64,000 nt of DNA from Oceanispirochaeta sp. (GTDB lineage: Bacteria; Spirochaetota; Spirochaetia; DSM-2461), in the NCBI GenBank assembly GCA_963663385.2, contig CAXXXD010000002.1, forward strand, positions 1,472,001 through 1,536,000, written 5' to 3'. The notes under the pieces are model-generated. The model did not search any database. It was not told the origin of the DNA and was given only the letters and a program-made list of their open reading frames with translations. Positions 9,525 to 19,143 of the stretch are shown piece after piece (position 1 is the stretch's first letter; each line of letters starts with the position of its first letter). A program made the position numbers and the translations under genes.

Positions 9525-10193
9525 TTGCCGGAAAAATCTTATGCAAAATGCCCTGTCTGCGGGAGCAGGGCTTCTTTTTTTTATCATCATAAAAAACAGG
9601 AAAGGCGTTTCTTTCTCTGCGCTGACTGCTCTCTGGTTTTTCAGGAGGAGGCGTCCCTGCCTGAACCGGATAGGGAACAGGAACGTTACTCCCTTCATCA
9701 GAACTCCCTGAAGGACAGAGGTTATGTTCATTGGCTGGAGAAATTTATGAAGGAGGCGATCTTTCCCTGGTATCAAACAGGGGATATTCTGGATTTCGGG
9801 AGCGGACCGGAACCGGTCCTGACGAAGCTTTTAAGACAGTGCAATCGGAATGTTTATCCTTATGATAAGTACTTTGCACCCCAATGGCCCGAGGGTAAAA
9901 CATTTTCCATGATCGTGCTGTCAGAAGTCCTGGAGCATCTGGATGATCCGGTTTCAGAATTCAGACGGATAGCAGCAGTAGCGGATAATGGCTGCTTCCT
10001 GACCCTGCAGACATCCTTCCTCCGGAATCTTGACAGTAAAACCTTTTCAGCCTGGTGGTATAAGGACGATATAACCCATAAACGATTCTATTGTGCTTCA
10101 TCCCTTTTGAGACTCGGTCTGGAAAGTGGTTGGGATCTGATTTATCAGGATGGAACGTCGATCGCTGTTTATAAAAAAAGTAGAGACAGGTAA
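9525..10193 (+). CDS. Class I SAM-dependent methyltransferase with N-terminal zinc ribbon
   Basis: CPVC...CADC; LDFGSGP; EVLEHL; WWYKDDITH. Confidence 0.8.
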   Translation: MPEKSYAKCPVCGSRASFFYHHKKQERRFFLCADCSLVFQEEASLPEPDREQERYSLHQNSLKDRGYVHWLEKFMKEAIFPWYQTGDILDFGSGPEPVLTKLLRQCNRNVYPYDKYFAPQWPEGKTFSMIVLSEVLEHLDDPVSEFRRIAAVADNGCFLTLQTSFLRNLDSKTFSAWWYKDDITHKRFYCASSLLRLGLESGWDLIYQDGTSIAVYKKSRDR

Positions 10194-10226
10194 AACCTGC
10201 CTCTACAGTAATAGTAATCTTCTAAA

Positions 10227-11102
10227 CTAAATCAGACCCTGATCTGTCAGAACTTTTCTCAGGTATTCCCTGTTACTGTCCGAGGGCGGACAGAGGGGCA
10301 GTCTGAACTCTTCCTCCAGGAGACCCATTAATGCCATGGCAGATTTTACAGGAATCGGATTGGTTTCGACAAACATGGATTTGAACAGGGGAAACAGCTC
10401 ATAATGGATGGTTCTGGCTTTTTCAATATCCCCTCTACGGGCTGCCTGAATCATCTCTTCCATCCACTGGGGGATAATATTGCTGGCTACAGAAACCACA
10501 CCGTTTCCGCCCATTAGAGTCAGGGGAAGAGCCAGGTTGTCATCACCCGAAAGGACATCGAAGTCTGCCGGTTTCCGTTTCAGCACCTCCATCATCTGCA
10601 TCATATCACCGCTTGCTTCTTTTACAGCCACGATATTTTCGTGCTTGGCCAGCTTCATAAGTGTATCCGTTTCGATGTTGACACCTGTCCGGCCTTTGAT
10701 GTTGTAAACCATAACAGGCAGATCCACCGCATCAGCAATGGTCATAAAGTGACGGTACAGGCCTTCCTGTGTCGGTTTGTTGTAGTAAGGAGAAACCTGA
10801 AGGCTGCAGTCAGCACCAATCTGTTTGGCCCGCCTGGTCATTCTGATAGCTTCATCGGTAGAGTTGGATCCGGTACCGGCGATAACCGGTACTTTCCCGT
10901 TTGTCTCTTTTACAACGATTTCAATGACATCCATATTTTCGTCATGAGTTACCGTAGGGCTTTCTCCGGTTGTGCCCACCGGAACCAGTCCGGAAATCCC
11001 TTTTTCAAGCTGAAATCGGACAATCTTCTTCAGAGCATCCGTATCAATCTCTTTATTGCTCTTGAAAGGGGTTACGAGGGCTGTGAAAACTCCGTTAAAC
11101 AT
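10227..11102 (-). CDS. dapA: 4-hydroxy-tetrahydrodipicolinate synthase
   Basis: GTTGES, PYYNKPTQEGLY, YNIKGRTG, KEASG, NPIPVK. Confidence 0.97.
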   Translation of the reverse strand: MFNGVFTALVTPFKSNKEIDTDALKKIVRFQLEKGISGLVPVGTTGESPTVTHDENMDVIEIVVKETNGKVPVIAGTGSNSTDEAIRMTRRAKQIGADCSLQVSPYYNKPTQEGLYRHFMTIADAVDLPVMVYNIKGRTGVNIETDTLMKLAKHENIVAVKEASGDMMQMMEVLKRKPADFDVLSGDDNLALPLTLMGGNGVVSVASNIIPQWMEEMIQAARRGDIEKARTIHYELFPLFKSMFVETNPIPVKSAMALMGLLEEEFRLPLCPPSDSNREYLRKVLTDQGLI

Positions 11103-11196
11103 TTAATTATTTCTCCTTATTTCAAACAGTCATGGGCCGAAGCCGTCTGGTATGCTGTTTTATTTCCATTTCAATAGACAGAGAGGCAAACTGCTG

Positions 11197-11940
11197 TCAA
11201 TCCAGAAAGTCCTGCATAAACTCATCTACCGAGAAAATCCCTGAACGGTTATAAAGCCATTCCGCTGCCAGCACGGAACCCAGGGCAAATCCGCCTCTGG
11301 TTCGAGCACTGTGGGATACTTCAATTGTATCAGCCATTGAGTCCATGGTCATCGTATGTATTCCGGGGATATTTCCGACCCGGACAGATGCCACATGAAG
11401 CTGATCGGGTTTAATGGCTCCCGGAGGGTTTCCCGGGAGTATCTCCTTCTTTCTATCCAGATTTTCCAGGATTCTGCCGGCTGCCGTCAGGGCTGTACCG
11501 GAAGGGGAGTCTATTTTCTTGTTATGGTGGTACTCAATCAGAGATACATCATAATCCTCTACCTTATTAATAAGAGAAGCAGCATAGGATGTGAGCCTGA
11601 AAAACAGGTGAGCCCCAATCGAGAAATTTGAACCGTAAAGGATAGCAGCCGAATCATTGGTAAACAGAGACAATACATCCTTTTTTTGTTTTTCCCATCC
11701 TGTTGTGGCTATTACCGCCTTAAGACCGTAACGGCTGTACATCTCAGCCCTTTCTACCAACCCGTCAGGGAGAGCGAACTCGATAACGGCATCTGCCGCA
11801 TCAAGGCTTTTTTCGTCCGGAGTGAGCATATCTCCCATTCCTCCCGGATCAACCCGGGCGACAATGGTGTGGTTCCTCTGTTTAAGGATCTGTTCAACTT
11901 CACGACCCATCCGGCCGTATCCCATCAGGATGATATTCAT
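11197..11940 (-). CDS. dapB: 4-hydroxy-tetrahydrodipicolinate reductase
   Basis: GYGRMG, ATTG, NFSIG, EYHHNKKIDSPSGTA. Confidence 0.95.
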   Translation of the reverse strand: MNIILMGYGRMGREVEQILKQRNHTIVARVDPGGMGDMLTPDEKSLDAADAVIEFALPDGLVERAEMYSRYGLKAVIATTGWEKQKKDVLSLFTNDSAAILYGSNFSIGAHLFFRLTSYAASLINKVEDYDVSLIEYHHNKKIDSPSGTALTAAGRILENLDRKKEILPGNPPGAIKPDQLHVASVRVGNIPGIHTMTMDSMADTIEVSHSARTRGGFALGSVLAAEWLYNRSGIFSVDEFMQDFLD

Positions 11941-11953
11941 ATTTTTTCCTGTC

Positions 11954-12952
11954 CTAGTCTTCTACCTGAGTCATGGTAACCGATATGGTGTTGACAATAT
12001 CTTCCACGGAACATCCTCTGGAAAGGTCGGAAATGGGTTTGGCAAATCCCTGAAGGAAGGGGCCGTAGGCTCCGGCGTTTCCAAATCTCTGCGCCAGCTT
12101 GTATCCGATGTTTCCAGACTGAAGGTCCGGGAAAATCAGGGTGTTTGCTTTTCCGGCAACTTTTGAACCGGGGGCTTTTTTGGCGCCGACACTTTCCACT
12201 ATTGCGGCATCCAGCTGAAGTTCTCCGTCCACATTCAGTTCCGGTGCTCTTTCCCTCACCAGTTTAAGAGCATCCGTAACCTTGTCTACATTGGGATGGG
12301 CGGCGGAACCTTTTGTAGAGAAAGACAGCATGGCTGTTACAGGCTCTGTCTGAAGGAATGTTTTACAGGATACGGAAGACTGTATAGTAATTTCAGCCAG
12401 CTGTTCAACCGTAGGATCGGGAATTGTCGCGCAGTCCGAGAAGATCATCAGTCCGTCTTTTCCCCACTTTTTATCAGGAAAGTCCATTACAAAGCAGGAT
12501 GAAGCTGAAGATACGCCGGGAGAGGTTTTGATAATGGTAAATCCGGCGACCAGTACTTTTCCTGTGGGATTGTCGGCTCCGGCAACCATGGCATCCGCAT
12601 CGCCTTTGCGGACCATCATGGCTCCCCATTTCAGGCAGTCCCTGATCTGTGCTGCCGCATCCTCTTCAGAAAGACCTTTGTGTTTTCTCAATTCGTAGTA
12701 CTCTTTTCCGTAGGCTTCGGCCAGTTCGGATTTTTCCGGGTCAATGACTGTGAGGCCGTCCAGGGATACGCCGGCTGCTGATGCCGCTGATGCAATGGCA
12801 TCTTCTGCTCCGATAAGGAATACTTCGGATACGATTTTTTCATCCATAACAATTCTTGCAGCTTCCAGAGTTCTGGGTTCGGTTCCCTCGGGAAGAACGA
12901 GTTTCTTCTGCATTTTTATGGCTTGTTCTTTCATATCTGTAACAAATGACAT
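11954..12952 (-). CDS. pta: Phosphate acetyltransferase
   Basis: LPEG, AMLSFSTKGSA, DGELQLDAA, FPDLQSGNIGYK, DLSRGCS. Confidence 0.97.
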   Translation of the reverse strand: MSFVTDMKEQAIKMQKKLVLPEGTEPRTLEAARIVMDEKIVSEVFLIGAEDAIASAASAAGVSLDGLTVIDPEKSELAEAYGKEYYELRKHKGLSEEDAAAQIRDCLKWGAMMVRKGDADAMVAGADNPTGKVLVAGFTIIKTSPGVSSASSCFVMDFPDKKWGKDGLMIFSDCATIPDPTVEQLAEITIQSSVSCKTFLQTEPVTAMLSFSTKGSAAHPNVDKVTDALKLVRERAPELNVDGELQLDAAIVESVGAKKAPGSKVAGKANTLIFPDLQSGNIGYKLAQRFGNAGAYGPFLQGFAKPISDLSRGCSVEDIVNTISVTMTQVED

Positions 12953-13081
12953 TTCTGATCTCCTGATAAAGTGTTATGTATTTCAAATACTATATCCTTT
13001 TTGGGCAAGTAGGAAAATACTCCTTAAGGGGAATTCCTGAACAGTCTTTGCAACTGACTGAAATTATTGTATGATGGGGCC

Positions 13082-13852
13082 ATGCGTGTAGGTGTTTACG
13101 GTTTAGGGCGTTTCGGCGCTTTCTGGGCCGGTTTGTTAGCTGAAACTTTTGAAGTATGCGGGTATTCCAGAAATTCTGACCGAATTACCCCCCAGGGAGT
13201 ACGCAGGGTTTCCTATGAGGAGCTTTTTGAGTGTCAGGTTATTTACCTGTGTAATTCCATTTCATCCATGGAACCTGTTCTGAAGAAGCTTTCAGAGCAT
13301 CTGAAACCGGGGACGCTTGTGATAGACACCTGTTCGGTCAAAGTCTATCCCGTAAGATTGATGAAAGAGCTTCTTCCTGAAAATGTTGAGATTCTGGGAA
13401 CCCACCCGATGTTTGGTCCGGATTCGGGGAAAAACGGTGTTCAGGGTCTTCCCATTGTTGTTTGCCCGGTCAGGGTCAGTGATGACAAATTCGTTTTCTG
13501 GAAGGACCGGTTCAGGAGTATCGGTCTGGTTCTCCAGGAGATGACTGCAGATGAACATGACCGGGAAGCAGCCTACACACAGGGGATTACGCATTTTATA
13601 GGCAGAACTCTGAATGAATTAAATCTTCATCAGAGTGCCATAGGGACATCCGGTTACGATCGTTTGCTTGATATCATCAAACAAACCTGTAACGATCCCT
13701 GGCAGCTTTTTCTTGATCTTCAGAAATACAATCCATATACAGACCGTATGAGGAAGGATCTGCACAGAGGATTGGAAAAAATGCTGAAAACATTTGATTC
13801 TATCGAGAGTTTAGGAGACCTGAATGGCGGAAATTCATTCAAGGAAAATTAA
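13082..13852 (+). CDS. tyrA: Prephenate/arogenate dehydrogenase (TyrA family)
   Basis: GLGRFG Rossmann motif, DTCSVK, THPMFGP, EHDREAAYTQGITHF. Confidence 0.85.
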   Translation: MRVGVYGLGRFGAFWAGLLAETFEVCGYSRNSDRITPQGVRRVSYEELFECQVIYLCNSISSMEPVLKKLSEHLKPGTLVIDTCSVKVYPVRLMKELLPENVEILGTHPMFGPDSGKNGVQGLPIVVCPVRVSDDKFVFWKDRFRSIGLVLQEMTADEHDREAAYTQGITHFIGRTLNELNLHQSAIGTSGYDRLLDIIKQTCNDPWQLFLDLQKYNPYTDRMRKDLHRGLEKMLKTFDSIESLGDLNGGNSFKEN

Positions 13853-14195
13853 GGAACACAGGCTGGATACGGTTCTGGCGGAAGATATAATTTTCAATGG
13901 GGAAGTCTTTTTCTCCAAGGAACTGATGGTAAAGGGAAAACTGGAAGGCCGTATACAGGCGGAAGGTGATCTTTTTATTGGAGAAAATGCTGATGTTAAA
14001 GCTGAAATCGGAGCAAAATCCGTACATGTCATGGGAAAGGTCTATGGGAATGTGACAGCAGAGACTCAGGTGGAACTGTCAGGGTGCGCCGAGGTCGTGG
14101 GAGATATTACCGCTCCCCGGATTTTAATGGAAACCGGATGCCGCTTTGAAGGTGTCAGCCGTATGCTGCCCCGGGAGAACTCAGATGAAAAATAG
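13824..14195 (+). CDS. Bactofilin (polymer-forming cytoskeletal protein)
   Basis: Beta-helix repeats GKLEGRI, IGENADVKAEI, GKVYGNV, GCRFEG. Confidence 0.9.
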   Translation: MAEIHSRKIKEHRLDTVLAEDIIFNGEVFFSKELMVKGKLEGRIQAEGDLFIGENADVKAEIGAKSVHVMGKVYGNVTAETQVELSGCAEVVGDITAPRILMETGCRFEGVSRMLPRENSDEK

Positions 14196-14823
14196 AAAAA
14201 GAAGAACTGCTTTATTCCTGCTGACAGTGCTGATTCTGCCTCTTTCCGCTCAGGAAAGGGATGCTCTGAAATTATACAGACAGGGGAAATATAATGATTC
14301 CGTAAAAATCTGTCTGGAAGAACTGGCTTCCTATGGGGAAAACCAGATAACCAGACGGATGGACTCTTATACAGTTCTTGGGTGGGCTCTCATCCGGCTG
14401 GGGCGATACGATGATGCTATAAAATACTCCAGGGATGCTCTGAAAATATCCCGTTATGATGCCCGGGTTATTGAAACCATGGGGGAAGCCAATTATTTTC
14501 TGGGGAATTATGAGGAAGGTCTGAACTTCTTTCAGCAGTATGCGGCTCTTAATCCTACGGGTGACAGAATCGGGCAGGTCTATTCCTATATGGGAGAGGC
14601 TTATATCCGGATGGGTCAGTATCAGCATGCGGATATTGCCCTGACAACAGCGCTGTACCATGTTCCTTCTGTTGCTCAATGGTGGTCACGGCTGGGCTAT
14701 GCCCGGGAAGGGGCCGGCAGTACGGACTCTGCCAGAGAAGCCTATAATAAGGCTCTCTCTCTTCAGCCTTCGCTTCAGGAGGCACGGAAGGGGTTGGACA
14801 GGATCCGGGGAACCGAATCGTAA
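14185..14823 (+). CDS. Exported TPR protein
   Basis: Signal peptide (LPLSA-Q); several TPR motifs. Confidence 0.8.
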   Translation: MKNRKRRTALFLLTVLILPLSAQERDALKLYRQGKYNDSVKICLEELASYGENQITRRMDSYTVLGWALIRLGRYDDAIKYSRDALKISRYDARVIETMGEANYFLGNYEEGLNFFQQYAALNPTGDRIGQVYSYMGEAYIRMGQYQHADIALTTALYHVPSVAQWWSRLGYAREGAGSTDSAREAYNKALSLQPSLQEARKGLDRIRGTES

Positions 14824-14828
14824 TACAG

Positions 14829-16175
14829 ATGAAAGCTTCTTTTTTTACTTTCGGCTGCAAGCTGAATCAGTGTGAAACAGAAGCCCTTGCAGAATCCTTT
14901 GAACAGCAGGGCTTTGAAATTGTGGATTTCGAAAATCCATCGGATGTCTTTGTTGTCAACACGTGTACGGTAACCTCCAAAAGCGAGCAGAAAGCCCGGA
15001 GGATTATACGAAAGGCCAGTCGGGATTATCCGGAATCTCTTGTTCTGGTAACCGGATGTTATGCACAGCTGGAGCCGGACATCATCCGCTCTCTCGGCGA
15101 TAATGTCCTTTCTGTTCCGCTGGATCAGAAAGATCTTATTATGGATCTGGCTGCATTTCTGGGCAGTGAAACCGTAGAAGGGGACGATCTTTATAAGAAA
15201 TCCGGATTCTGGCTGGAAACCCAGGCTCCGGGTGTGGACGATGCTGCAGCCCGGTTCAGGTTTTCCGCTGCGGATTTCAATTTCCACTCAAGGGCTTTTC
15301 TGAAGATCCAGGACGGCTGTGATAACCGCTGTGCCTACTGCAGGGTCTGTCTGGCCAGAGGGGCTTCTGTCAGTCTGGACAGTGACACCCTGATGTCCCG
15401 TATAAAGGAACTGGAGAGTGCCGGTTACAGGGAAATTGTTCTGACCGGAGTTAATATTGATTCCTACCGGGACGGGGAGATGAATTTATCGGACCTGCTT
15501 GAAAGAATCCTGGAGGAGACCAGTCATTTCAGAATACGATTATCCTCTCTCGAACCCAAGACTCTATTAAGCCGCGATTTAAGTATACTCTCTCATCCGA
15601 GGATATGTCCCCATTTTCATGTATCGGTTCAATCCTGTTCCGATAAGGTACTGCAGCGTATGAATCGGCCCTATCTGACAGATTCTGTGAGACAGGCGGT
15701 GGAAAGGTTGAGAACCCTAAAATCGGACCCCTTTCTGGCAGCCGATATAATTGCCGGTTTTCCCGGAGAGAGCGAGAGGGAGTATCAGGAGACTCTTACG
15801 GCTCTGGAAAAGCTGCAGTTCTCCCGGATTCATGTTTTCCCTTTTTCCGCCCGGCCCGGAACTGCAGCCTGGCAGATGAAACCAGCTGTTCCCGAAAGGG
15901 TAACGGGAGAGAGAACCCGAGCCATCCGTGAAATTTCACAGCGCTCTCATAAAGCCTATTTTGACCGCTGGATCGGGAGGGAGGTCTCTGTTTTGCTTGA
16001 GGAGAGAAAGGCCATTGATGGAAAAGTGTACTGGGAGGGAACATCGGAAAACTATCTGAAAGTTCGAATCCCTGAGAACCAGCTCAGCGGCAGTGAAGAA
16101 CAGCTCAGGGGAGCCCTTGTTTCCTGCCGGGTCGAGTATCATAGCGGTTTTTCCTGTTTCGCCAATATTTTATAA
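14829..16175 (+). CDS. mtaB: tRNA t6A37 methylthiotransferase
   Basis: TFGCKLNQCETE, NTCTVT, VTGCYAQ, KIQDGCDNRCAYC, IHVFPFSARPGT. Confidence 0.93.
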   Translation: MKASFFTFGCKLNQCETEALAESFEQQGFEIVDFENPSDVFVVNTCTVTSKSEQKARRIIRKASRDYPESLVLVTGCYAQLEPDIIRSLGDNVLSVPLDQKDLIMDLAAFLGSETVEGDDLYKKSGFWLETQAPGVDDAAARFRFSAADFNFHSRAFLKIQDGCDNRCAYCRVCLARGASVSLDSDTLMSRIKELESAGYREIVLTGVNIDSYRDGEMNLSDLLERILEETSHFRIRLSSLEPKTLLSRDLSILSHPRICPHFHVSVQSCSDKVLQRMNRPYLTDSVRQAVERLRTLKSDPFLAADIIAGFPGESEREYQETLTALEKLQFSRIHVFPFSARPGTAAWQMKPAVPERVTGERTRAIREISQRSHKAYFDRWIGREVSVLLEERKAIDGKVYWEGTSENYLKVRIPENQLSGSEEQLRGALVSCRVEYHSGFSCFANIL

Positions 16176-16325
16176 CTGCCAGAGAACTGTTCCCGTATTG
16201 ATTTATCAGGGATCTGTGATAAATTTAAAGTAGGATTTTTGTTTTTATAGTGCAGAAAGTACTATAATTATACAAACTTTATAAAAATTCATTTACAAAA
16301 ACTTGTAGTGATTATGGAGGAAAAA

Positions 16326-17225
16326 ATGAACAGAAGAATATTCCATTTTACAGTTATACTGCTGGTCATTCTGTTTATGGCCGGTTGCAACCCCTTTACA
16401 ACCAACATCTACAGCGGTTTTGACAAGTATAAAATGCCCGATCTCGGTGATGTGGACGATGTTTTGAGTGCGGCCCATGATGCTTCATTTTATGAGAATC
16501 TGGAGGATGATGAGGATGCCAAGGCGGAAGTTCTTGAAACCCTGGAGGATACCTACAACGACCCCGATGTAGATGACGAAACCCGGCAGGAAGCTGCCCT
16601 GATGGCGGTCGATGTACATTTGAAGACTTCCAACACGGAAGATACAATGACAAACTTCAATGACCTGATCAGCGATGCAGCCAACGGGGAAGAGGTTTAT
16701 GATGAGGATGATGGGCCGGAAATCCTGTTTAAAAGCCTTTTTGGCGATCCTCCCTACCCGGAAGGCACTCCTGTTACAGATTCCAAGCGGGTGGACTATA
16801 CGGCAAATGTGAGGGTTCAGCTCCAGGCTTTTCTCTATTCTGTCGAACCGCTGGAAGCCTATGGGGCCATTTTGAAATCCGGTGCTCCCGCCCCTCCTGA
16901 TACGAACCGGGGTGATACGTCAACCAAGGCTCTTATGTCGGGTCTGGTACGGTTCATCTGTTACAGTCTGGACAGCGATAACGATAACAGCGGCAGCGGC
17001 GAATATGTGGCCGGTATTGAAGAGGGCGACCTTGATACCATGGCCTATTTTCTGGCCGATCCCGATCCGGAAGCCAGTCTGGAGGACGAGTACAATCGGG
17101 AGCCTGAACAGCCTGAAGATGAGGATGATGAGATTAAATTCTACCTGTCAGATCCTGTGACCGGCGATGACGGACTTTATTATGCCGCTAACGATGGCTT
17201 GAATCTCAAAGAGCTGATGGATTAA
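16326..17225 (+). CDS. Highly acidic lipoprotein of unknown function
   Basis: GGAGG RBS before ATG 16326; lipobox FMAGC; Asp/Glu-rich body. Confidence 0.7.
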   Translation: MNRRIFHFTVILLVILFMAGCNPFTTNIYSGFDKYKMPDLGDVDDVLSAAHDASFYENLEDDEDAKAEVLETLEDTYNDPDVDDETRQEAALMAVDVHLKTSNTEDTMTNFNDLISDAANGEEVYDEDDGPEILFKSLFGDPPYPEGTPVTDSKRVDYTANVRVQLQAFLYSVEPLEAYGAILKSGAPAPPDTNRGDTSTKALMSGLVRFICYSLDSDNDNSGSGEYVAGIEEGDLDTMAYFLADPDPEASLEDEYNREPEQPEDEDDEIKFYLSDPVTGDDGLYYAANDGLNLKELMD

Positions 17226-17236
17226 GGGGGAACTGG

Positions 17237-18445
17237 ATGAAAAAGAAAATACTACTTCTCGTATTGATGATAACAATTGGCAGTGGATTCCTTTTTGCTG
17301 CAGACCGCTATTACACTTCACCTTTTACCTGGTACAGTCCCGAAGTGCAGGCTCAGGGGGGATCATTTCTGGCCAATGCCCAGGGATTTAATGCTCTATT
17401 GTCCAATCCGGCCGCTTTTGCCAAGTATCAGGAAAAAGAGAGACGGGACGGGGAAGTCAGAAAAAAAGGCGAAATAACGGTTCTTTCTCTGAGCGGATCC
17501 TATTCCGGAGATATTTTTACCTTTATGGATGAGTATCAGGAGGATCCTGATGATATTATCGCTATCGTTCTGGATCAGGTTACCTCTTCCGGATTGGGGG
17601 CCGGGCTTCAGGTTGGTGCCGGGTATGTGGGAAAAGGATTTGGAATCGGATACATGTCTGTTGTTGATTTCAGTCTTCCTCCGGTGGAAACGACTCTTGG
17701 AATTAAAGCTGATATGGCCTGGACAAATGGTCTTGTCGCCGGCTATGCCCATCCCTTCCATGTGGGGCCCTTTAAACTTGTTGCCGGAGCCGATTTGAGG
17801 CCCATGTACAGGTTTCTTGTTCCCGGAGTAGATATCGCCTCCATAACCGGCTCTGTAAGCGGGGACGATGAAGAGGAAGAAGATGACAGCGATGACCTGG
17901 ATATGAGCAATATTGATGCCCTGGCCGGTATAGGAGTCGGTGTGGATGCCGGAGCCGACCTGTACTGGAATGATTTTATTTTCAGTCTGGTTATGAGGGA
18001 TATAGGCAATACACGTTTTTTCTTTAAACCTGTAAACGCTTTCGGCAGTTTGACCTTTTCCGATGCGGATGAGGTTGACGATACCTACATCACTCCCTGG
18101 TCCCTGAATCTGGGGGTCGCGTATCATCCTGTGCTGGGAGACTGGAATAAATTTATGGACCTGACGGTTCATACGTCCTATTCGCAGCCCCTTATCTTTG
18201 AAGACAAAATCTACGGGTATGATTCTCAGTCATTCTGGACAAAGCTGGATCTGGGAGCAGAAGTTGTTCTCCTCTCGTCAGTTGCTTTGAGAACCGGTTT
18301 TCAGGGCGGGTACTTTACGGCTGGTTTCGGACTGGATCTGTTTTTTGTTGAGCTGAACGGAGCCCTCTATTCGGAAGAGATCGGTTCAAATGCCGGTGTT
18401 CAGCAGAAGATGGGCGGAGCTTTGGAACTGGCGTTCCGTTTCTGA
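17237..18445 (+). CDS. Outer-membrane beta-barrel, FadL/TraF-like
   Basis: Signal peptide; N-terminal NPAA motif; amphipathic strands; C-terminal ALELAFRF ending in Phe. Confidence 0.65.
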   Translation: MKKKILLLVLMITIGSGFLFAADRYYTSPFTWYSPEVQAQGGSFLANAQGFNALLSNPAAFAKYQEKERRDGEVRKKGEITVLSLSGSYSGDIFTFMDEYQEDPDDIIAIVLDQVTSSGLGAGLQVGAGYVGKGFGIGYMSVVDFSLPPVETTLGIKADMAWTNGLVAGYAHPFHVGPFKLVAGADLRPMYRFLVPGVDIASITGSVSGDDEEEEDDSDDLDMSNIDALAGIGVGVDAGADLYWNDFIFSLVMRDIGNTRFFFKPVNAFGSLTFSDADEVDDTYITPWSLNLGVAYHPVLGDWNKFMDLTVHTSYSQPLIFEDKIYGYDSQSFWTKLDLGAEVVLLSSVALRTGFQGGYFTAGFGLDLFFVELNGALYSEEIGSNAGVQQKMGGALELAFRF

Positions 18446-18467
18446 TTTGATCAGCTAATTTTGATTG

Positions 18468-18500
18468 ACCCGGTAATATTTAAATTACCGGGTTTTTTTT
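18468..18500 (+). terminator. Rho-independent terminator
   Basis: ACCCGGTAAT...ATTACCGGGT plus T run. Confidence 0.85.
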
Positions 18501-18605
18501 GGGTTTGAATCTTCTAAAGATTTTTTAAATCGTTGTTGTGAAAGTAAATGAAAATGAATTTTCGAGTATATTTTCAATTTATATTTATATTTTTTCAAAT
18601 AAGTG

Positions 18606-18634
18606 TTGACACTTTCAGGGCCATTTGGTATCTT
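18606..18634 (+). promoter_or_regulatory. Sigma70 promoter of the tRNA cluster
   Basis: TTGACA-N17-TATCTT with AT-rich upstream region. Confidence 0.75.
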
Positions 18635-18648
18635 CTCAATCGTTCTAC

Positions 18649-18721
18649 GGGCCGCTAGCTCAGCTGGCAGAGCAACGCCCTTTTAAGGCGTGGGTCACTG
18701 GTTCGAACCCAGTGCGGCTCA
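18649..18721 (+). tRNA. tRNA-Lys(UUU), copy 1
   Basis: Cloverleaf; anticodon arm ACGCC-CTTTTAA-GGCGT; GGTTCGAACC T-loop. Confidence 0.97.
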
Positions 18722-18744
18722 AAGGCTAACCGAACGAACAAAAT

Positions 18745-18816
18745 GTCTCCATCGTCTAGGGGTTAGGACACCGGGTTTTCATCCCGGCAACGGGGGTTCG
18801 ATTCCCCCTGGAGATG
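18745..18816 (+). tRNA. tRNA-Glu(UUC), copy 1
   Basis: Anticodon arm CCGGG-TTTTCAT-CCCGG; GGTTCGATTCC. Confidence 0.97.
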
Positions 18817-18819
18817 AAC

Positions 18820-18892
18820 GGGCCGCTAGCTCAGCTGGCAGAGCAACGCCCTTTTAAGGCGTGGGTCACTGGTTCGAACCCAGTGCGGCTCA
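18820..18892 (+). tRNA. tRNA-Lys(UUU), copy 2
   Basis: Identical to 18649-18721. Confidence 0.97.
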
Positions 18893-18917
18893 TCCGTTTT
18901 TGTTCGGTTAGTTTTAT

Positions 18918-18989
18918 GTCTCCATCGTCTAGGGGTTAGGACACCGGGTTTTCATCCCGGCAACGGGGGTTCGATTCCCCCTGGAGATG
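18918..18989 (+). tRNA. tRNA-Glu(UUC), copy 2
   Basis: Identical to 18745-18816. Confidence 0.97.
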
Positions 18990-18995
18990 CTAATG

Positions 18996-19028
18996 AAAAA
19001 GGCTGCTCGATTGTGAGTAGCCTTTTTT
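18996..19028 (+). terminator. Terminator of the tRNA cluster
   Basis: AAAAAGGCTGCTC-gattgt-GAGTAGCCTTTTTT. Confidence 0.85.
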
Positions 19029-19143
19029 CTTTTATAATTCCCAGGGGAGTCGAAACCCTCCGTCTAATCCTGACAGTTACTGTTTAACTCAAATCATATT
19101 GTGTGTATAATACTGCTAATACATTGGTAAGAGGATATGGAAT

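Noticed and set aside
13082..13852. tyrA as a Tyr-supply gene for the Tyr-rich precursor
   Set aside because: It lies about 14 kb away in a housekeeping run on the other side of the rrn operon, with no evidence of linkage.
14829..16175. Third intact radical SAM gene as part of the peptide system
   Set aside because: It is a clear MtaB tRNA methylthiotransferase.
18649..18989. tRNA duplication as a misassembly
   Set aside because: The spacers following the two Lys copies differ in sequence, so it is not a simple repeated read.
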